A DNA stretch of 21,852 bases from Candidatus Heimdallarchaeota archaeon (lineage in GTDB: Archaea > Asgardarchaeota > Heimdallarchaeia > Heimdallarchaeales > Kariarchaeaceae), in contig WAKA01000157.1 of NCBI GenBank assembly GCA_015523565.1, forward strand, positions 1 through 21,852, given 5' to 3'. This document shows positions 17,805-21,852 of the stretch, piece by piece. The translations under genes were made by a program, and so were the position numbers. Under the pieces are notes generated by a model. The model searched no databases. It was not told the origin of the DNA and saw only the letters and a program-made list of their open reading frames with translations. How positions within the stretch are numbered: position 1 is the stretch's first letter; the number at the start of each line of letters is the position of its first letter.

Positions 17805-19075
17805 CACGATTTCCTAAGCGTAACTTTTTCAGCATTATGGTTTGTCTAGTTTATATGGAAGTGTATGTAAGATTAGTGGTCTGGCATGTCATTTTGATAG
17901 CATATGTTGCTCTCTATCCATTACTGCATCAAATTATTGGCCGTACAAAAATTTCAATTATTGACATCCCAAAATATTTTGGATTTGTGTTTCTTATTCT
18001 AACTGTTGAAATTGCATTTTTCTTCTTTGATTTGGGCTATTCTGAATTTCGAACATTTCTTTTGCTTATTATGTTTTTCTTTCATTTAAACACATATCGT
18101 GAACTTACTATTGTAAAACTTTCTTCTCCATTGGATGTTTCTTCATTCAATCCCGAGGTCATTAAAAAACTAAATCGATCTCTGCACGGTGTTTTTTCTG
18201 TTGACGATGATGAATCCACAACCTTTGAAATTAAAAACCCATATCAAATGAAATTTATTGTAAATGCTCTTTCTGCCAATGAATATTCATATTTCCAAGT
18301 AAGCTCAATTCATTCCCCTTTAACACTTGTCATTCATCTCTTGGCTGTTTTCCTGTCTCTCTCCTCTCTTGAGCCATCCTCTACACCAACTACGGAACTG
18401 CTTATTGGTCTGTTAAACACAAAAATAGATATCATAACTTCTATAATTCTTATGATTGTTGCCAGCGGATTTTTATTTTATGAGGAGCTAAGGACTATTT
18501 CCTCATTAATATTGGAGCTTCCCCTATTGTACAAAAAAATACTTACAAAAACATCGTTAGACGCCTCAAAAAAACCAATTGATGCTATGGCTGATGAACC
18601 TGCGGATATGGAAAGGGCTAGGGAGCGTGCAAGGGAGATTCTCAATGCACGTAGGTCTGATGTTTTGTACAGAAAAAGAGATGAGCTCAAAAATAAGGTT
18701 GATGATATCTTTGGAACAGAAGATAACAAAATTGGATTGGATCCAGAAACCTTGGAACGAGTCCGCCTTTATAATGCAGTAAAACGGGTTCTTATCTCTA
18801 CTCCACCATGGTCCTCTGCTTCACTAAAGAAAATTGTTGAACTGGCTGGTGGCTCTGAAGAAGCCGTTGAATTGGTAATCTCGAATCTCATCGAAAAGAA
18901 CGAGGTTCCGGGTATCTATGATATTTGGAATCAAATTTACTATGGGGTTCCTTATAATCATTGGTTTACCAATGAAATCTATAAACAAGTCAAGCAAAAT
19001 CTGTCCACCATTGGACATATTCGTGTTTTACCTGATGGATCTGCAGAAATTTCCATTAATTCTGAAAAAAAATAA
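17801..19075 (+). CDS. Polytopic membrane protein with coiled coil and C-terminal PCI-like winged helix
   Basis: About 5 hydrophobic segments in the N-terminal half, charged helix MERARERAREILNARR, then PWSSASLKKIVELAGGSEEAVELVISNLIEKNEVPGIYD. True start may be ATG at 17837 or 17855. Confidence 0.8.
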   Translation: MTRFPKRNFFSIMVCLVYMEVYVRLVVWHVILIAYVALYPLLHQIIGRTKISIIDIPKYFGFVFLILTVEIAFFFFDLGYSEFRTFLLLIMFFFHLNTYRELTIVKLSSPLDVSSFNPEVIKKLNRSLHGVFSVDDDESTTFEIKNPYQMKFIVNALSANEYSYFQVSSIHSPLTLVIHLLAVFLSLSSLEPSSTPTTELLIGLLNTKIDIITSIILMIVASGFLFYEELRTISSLILELPLLYKKILTKTSLDASKKPIDAMADEPADMERARERAREILNARRSDVLYRKRDELKNKVDDIFGTEDNKIGLDPETLERVRLYNAVKRVLISTPPWSSASLKKIVELAGGSEEAVELVISNLIEKNEVPGIYDIWNQIYYGVPYNHWFTNEIYKQVKQNLSTIGHIRVLPDGSAEISINSEKK

Positions 19076-19093
19076 AAATGTTCAAGTTTTTTC

Positions 19094-19109
19094 AGAAACG
19101 TACGTTTCT
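19094..19109. promoter_or_regulatory. Perfect 16-bp palindrome upstream of the respiratory operon
   Basis: AGAAACGTACGTTTCT is its own reverse complement and lies about 20 nt upstream of TATA-like TATAAAG (19130-19136). Confidence 0.35.
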
Positions 19110-19188
19110 CCAGATAAACAATCGATGACTATAAAGGCATGTGGTTTATTGACCATATAGAAAAACTTCGGTATGGTGAAGTTATCTC

Positions 19189-20373
19189 ATGAAATCTAAA
19201 TGGAGTTATATCTCGATACTTTTATTTTTTTTACTTACCTTACAAATTGTAAGTAATGGGAATGGTAATGTCGTTGCAAGTCAAAACCAATCCCCCACTT
19301 TCAATTATTTCATGTATTACAGCCAAATTAACCAATCTGAAGTGGACGGAACAATTGGAAACACGGAATATCCTGAAGCCAATCAGATTCTTTCTGTTGA
19401 TGGATATAATTTTGCCGATGTTTCCTTCGTTCATAATGGCTCATACATGAAAATTGGAATCAAGGCACACAACCTGTTTGGTTGGGTTGGTTTTGGTGTT
19501 GGTGACAACGGAATGCTGAATGGTACCTTAATTACTACAGGTGCCTCTGGAAATACTCCCGTTGGCGCATCAATTTGGAAGGGCATTGGAAATGAATTCC
19601 CCAATTTCATTTCCAGCTTTGAAAACGCTAATGCATCTGTTGCAGTCAATGAAGATAGTGAGGGCACTACTGTTGAATTCCTTCTTCCTCTTAATTTAAC
19701 AAGCATTGGTGGTTATGATTGGAGTGTTGGTGGAACATATGGATTTTTCTTGGCTGCTCATAAAGATTCAGATGCTCTCACTTATCATACCTATCATGCC
19801 CCTAGAAATCTTAAAGTAACTTTATTGTCTCAAGCTGTAGGATTGCCGCAAACTGTCTCAATTTCATCATTTTCTGCATCTGTGCTTAATGGTGAAGTCT
19901 ATCTTCTGACTGCAAAATTATCCAACGCACCGACTGGCACAGATGTTGAATTTTATATGAATACAACATTTGGTGGCGTCCTATTGGGAACGAATCAGAC
20001 TGATTCAACAGGAAACGTCCAATTGACTGCAAATCTTTCAATCTCTACCTTCGAAAAAGCTACGGTTTGGGTCAAAGTGAATCCCCAACAAGGATTTACT
20101 GGTGCAATGGCTACTGCAACAATTTCTGGTCTTCAAGCTGAATTTGAGGATATTTATGTCCACAATATTGTTGCAGACCCTGAGTATGACAATAAAGAAT
20201 TGTTCCTAATCAATCCAAACTTGCTAAATAATGCAGGTCACCTTATTGGTGCTGTATTGATTTATGGGCTCATGTTAATTATTGTAATGCTTATCTGGGA
20301 ATATGTCGCTGCTATTATGAAGCTTGCCTACATTTCCCTTGTTGGTAAAAGAATGGAGGCGGAAAATGAATGA
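19189..20373 (+). CDS. Secreted, C-terminally anchored DOMON (heme b-type) plus Ig-like domain protein
   Basis: Sec-type signal peptide; DOMON motifs GWVGFG..GM, EDSEGTTVEF, FFLAAH..LTYH (candidate Met/His heme ligands); Ig-like segment LTAKL..DVEFY..LGTNQTDSTGNV; C-terminal TM helix; many sequons; no CxxCH. Confidence 0.82.
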   Translation: MKSKWSYISILLFFLLTLQIVSNGNGNVVASQNQSPTFNYFMYYSQINQSEVDGTIGNTEYPEANQILSVDGYNFADVSFVHNGSYMKIGIKAHNLFGWVGFGVGDNGMLNGTLITTGASGNTPVGASIWKGIGNEFPNFISSFENANASVAVNEDSEGTTVEFLLPLNLTSIGGYDWSVGGTYGFFLAAHKDSDALTYHTYHAPRNLKVTLLSQAVGLPQTVSISSFSASVLNGEVYLLTAKLSNAPTGTDVEFYMNTTFGGVLLGTNQTDSTGNVQLTANLSISTFEKATVWVKVNPQQGFTGAMATATISGLQAEFEDIYVHNIVADPEYDNKELFLINPNLLNNAGHLIGAVLIYGLMLIIVMLIWEYVAAIMKLAYISLVGKRMEAENE

Positions 20374-21326
20374 GTGAACAAAAAAAGAAACCTCTTGAAT
20401 CCTTAGTGGAAACCTCTCAAAACCTCACACCAACCCGCCGAACTATGGTGAAACTGCTGGCTTATGGTGGGGCAACATTCTATGGTTTAAAAAGCAAATT
20501 TATCACAAAAAGCCGATTACCGCCTGGTCTTGAAGTGGATGAGAAAAGAGACCGGACTCGTCGTTATCATCAGTGGCGAATCGATAATACCATGTGGGGT
20601 ATGGTAATAGACCTTGCAAAATGTGACGGGTGTGTAGATTTAACATCTCAAGGAAAACCTCCTCGATGCACTACCGCCTGCCAAGATGGGCATTATGCCC
20701 CTACAAAAGGATATGGTTTTGATGAAGGTGGCACTTGGCAAAATCCAAAAGACCCCCAGTTAGTGCATGAATACATTAAGGTTTTTGAAGTAAAGGACAA
20801 TCCTTGGTCTGAACCTTATTTCTTCCCACGACCTTGTCAGCAATGTATTGACCCACCTTGTGTTCATGTGTGTCCTGTTCAGGCAGCATGGCAAAGATCT
20901 GGTGACAGGTTGACTCTTGTCGATCAGGAACGATGCATCGGATGTCGTCTTTGTATGGCTGGTTGTCCTTATGAGGTTCGTTTCTTCCATTGGGAAGAAA
21001 ACCATAAATTCGAGGGTGCTGATGAAAACAGCCAAATCGTGAAAGACTTCCAAATGCAAATGCCGTTTTCTATCGTTAAGCAAAAAGGTGTTATTGCAAA
21101 ATGTGACTTTTGTGGGAACCAATTTTTAGGAAAGCTTCCACACTGTGTAGCATCATGCCATAAAGGTGCTTTGTATTTTGGAAATCTTCTTGAAAACGCA
21201 GTCACCAATAATATGGGTGAAACAATTCTTGTGGACGAGACAATCAAGAAAAGAAAAGGATTCAGATGGAAGGAAGAGGAAGGTACACGCCCCCGTGTCT
21301 TTTATCTTCCTGCTAATACGAGGTGA
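20370..21326 (+). CDS. NrfC/PsrB/DmsB-like 4x[4Fe-4S] protein with twin-arginine signal
   Basis: TRRTMVK Tat motif; WGMVIDLAKCDGC..CTTAC, CQQC..PPCVHVCP, CIGCRLCMAGCPY, KCDFC..PHCVASC (16 Cys); EEEGTRPRVFY. ATGA overlap with the upstream gene. Confidence 0.94.
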   Translation: MSEQKKKPLESLVETSQNLTPTRRTMVKLLAYGGATFYGLKSKFITKSRLPPGLEVDEKRDRTRRYHQWRIDNTMWGMVIDLAKCDGCVDLTSQGKPPRCTTACQDGHYAPTKGYGFDEGGTWQNPKDPQLVHEYIKVFEVKDNPWSEPYFFPRPCQQCIDPPCVHVCPVQAAWQRSGDRLTLVDQERCIGCRLCMAGCPYEVRFFHWEENHKFEGADENSQIVKDFQMQMPFSIVKQKGVIAKCDFCGNQFLGKLPHCVASCHKGALYFGNLLENAVTNNMGETILVDETIKKRKGFRWKEEEGTRPRVFYLPANTR

Positions 21327-21331
21327 AATGA

Positions 21332-21852
21332 ATGGCAACTGCAACACATAATATCGAAAAAGTACATCCTGCAAAAACAAGCCTTTATACTCCTGACGGA
21401 AATCCAATGACTGAAAACGAAGTTAGGAGACGAAGGGCCATTGTTGAACGAGCTTTTCTTACAACTAGTAAAACCGAAGTTTTTTTCATGTCAATTATGG
21501 TTTTATTTATGATTATTGGCTTTGGCTATTGGGTAGTTTACCAACTTGTAGTTGGTTTGACCATTACCGACCTAACCCAAAAAGTTTTTTGGGGAATCTA
21601 TATTACGAATTTTGTTTTTTGGATAGGTGTGTCCCACGTTGGAATGCTTATTTCCGCTGTTCTTCGTATTCTTAATGCAAAATTCCGAACTCCAATCACT
21701 CGCATTGCAGAAGAGGTCACAATAGTTTCCCTCGTTATGGGTGCGGCATCTGTCTTGATTGATATGGGTCGGTTGGATCGTGCACAGCATATTGTAATTT
21801 ATGGTAACATTACTTCTCCATTAGTTTGGGATGTTATCTCTATTACCTTTTA
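21332..21852 (+). CDS. NrfD/PsrC (ActC/QrcD-like) integral membrane quinol-interacting subunit, truncated by window end; not in ORF track
   Basis: Open from ATG 21332 to the window edge: MATATHNIEK...FWGIYITNFVFWIGVSHVGMLISAVLR..FRTPITRIAEE..IDMGRLDR..SPLVWD. GAGGTGA RBS at 21320-21326. Confidence 0.93.
   Translation, partial: MATATHNIEKVHPAKTSLYTPDGNPMTENEVRRRRAIVERAFLTTSKTEVFFMSIMVLFMIIGFGYWVVYQLVVGLTITDLTQKVFWGIYITNFVFWIGVSHVGMLISAVLRILNAKFRTPITRIAEEVTIVSLVMGAASVLIDMGRLDRAQHIVIYGNITSPLVWDVISITF

Noticed and set aside
8532-21790. Short antisense or alternate-frame ORFs overlapping atpB, atpA, the acyl-CoA dehydrogenase, cdc48, hsp20, tatC, the FeS gene and the NrfD gene
   Set aside because: They are shadows of well-supported genes and carry no motifs of their own.
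1-21852. CRISPR array, IS element or provirus
   Set aside because: No regularly spaced direct repeats, transposase, integrase or viral hallmark genes seen.

Overview
Archaeal chromosomal window with AT-rich coding DNA. It is most consistent with an Asgard (Heimdallarchaeia-like) genome; this is an inference from a branched ES39 rRNA expansion, a PCI-like domain and broken housekeeping operons. It opens with a stand-alone 23S rRNA gene (no adjacent 16S or 5S) enclosed by a bulge-helix-bulge (BHB) processing stem and interrupted by a 224-nt ORF-less BHB intron in helix 89. Next come an orphan VirB11/CpaF-type secretion ATPase with a divergent unknown gene, a DUF2067-like gene, two unannotated ~49-aa single-TM peptides, a membrane-anchored beta-rich protein, tRNA-Leu(GAG) and Nob1. 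These are followed by an isolated, order-reversed atpB-atpA pair, an acyl-CoA dehydrogenase, an isolated rpl30e, and hsp20-cdc48 transcribed divergently from tatA-tatC plus a polytopic membrane protein with a PCI-like winged helix. The window ends in a respiratory operon: DOMON heme protein, Tat-exported 4x[4Fe-4S] protein and NrfD-family quinol-site subunit (truncated by the window edge). All family calls come from motif recognition by eye, not database searches.
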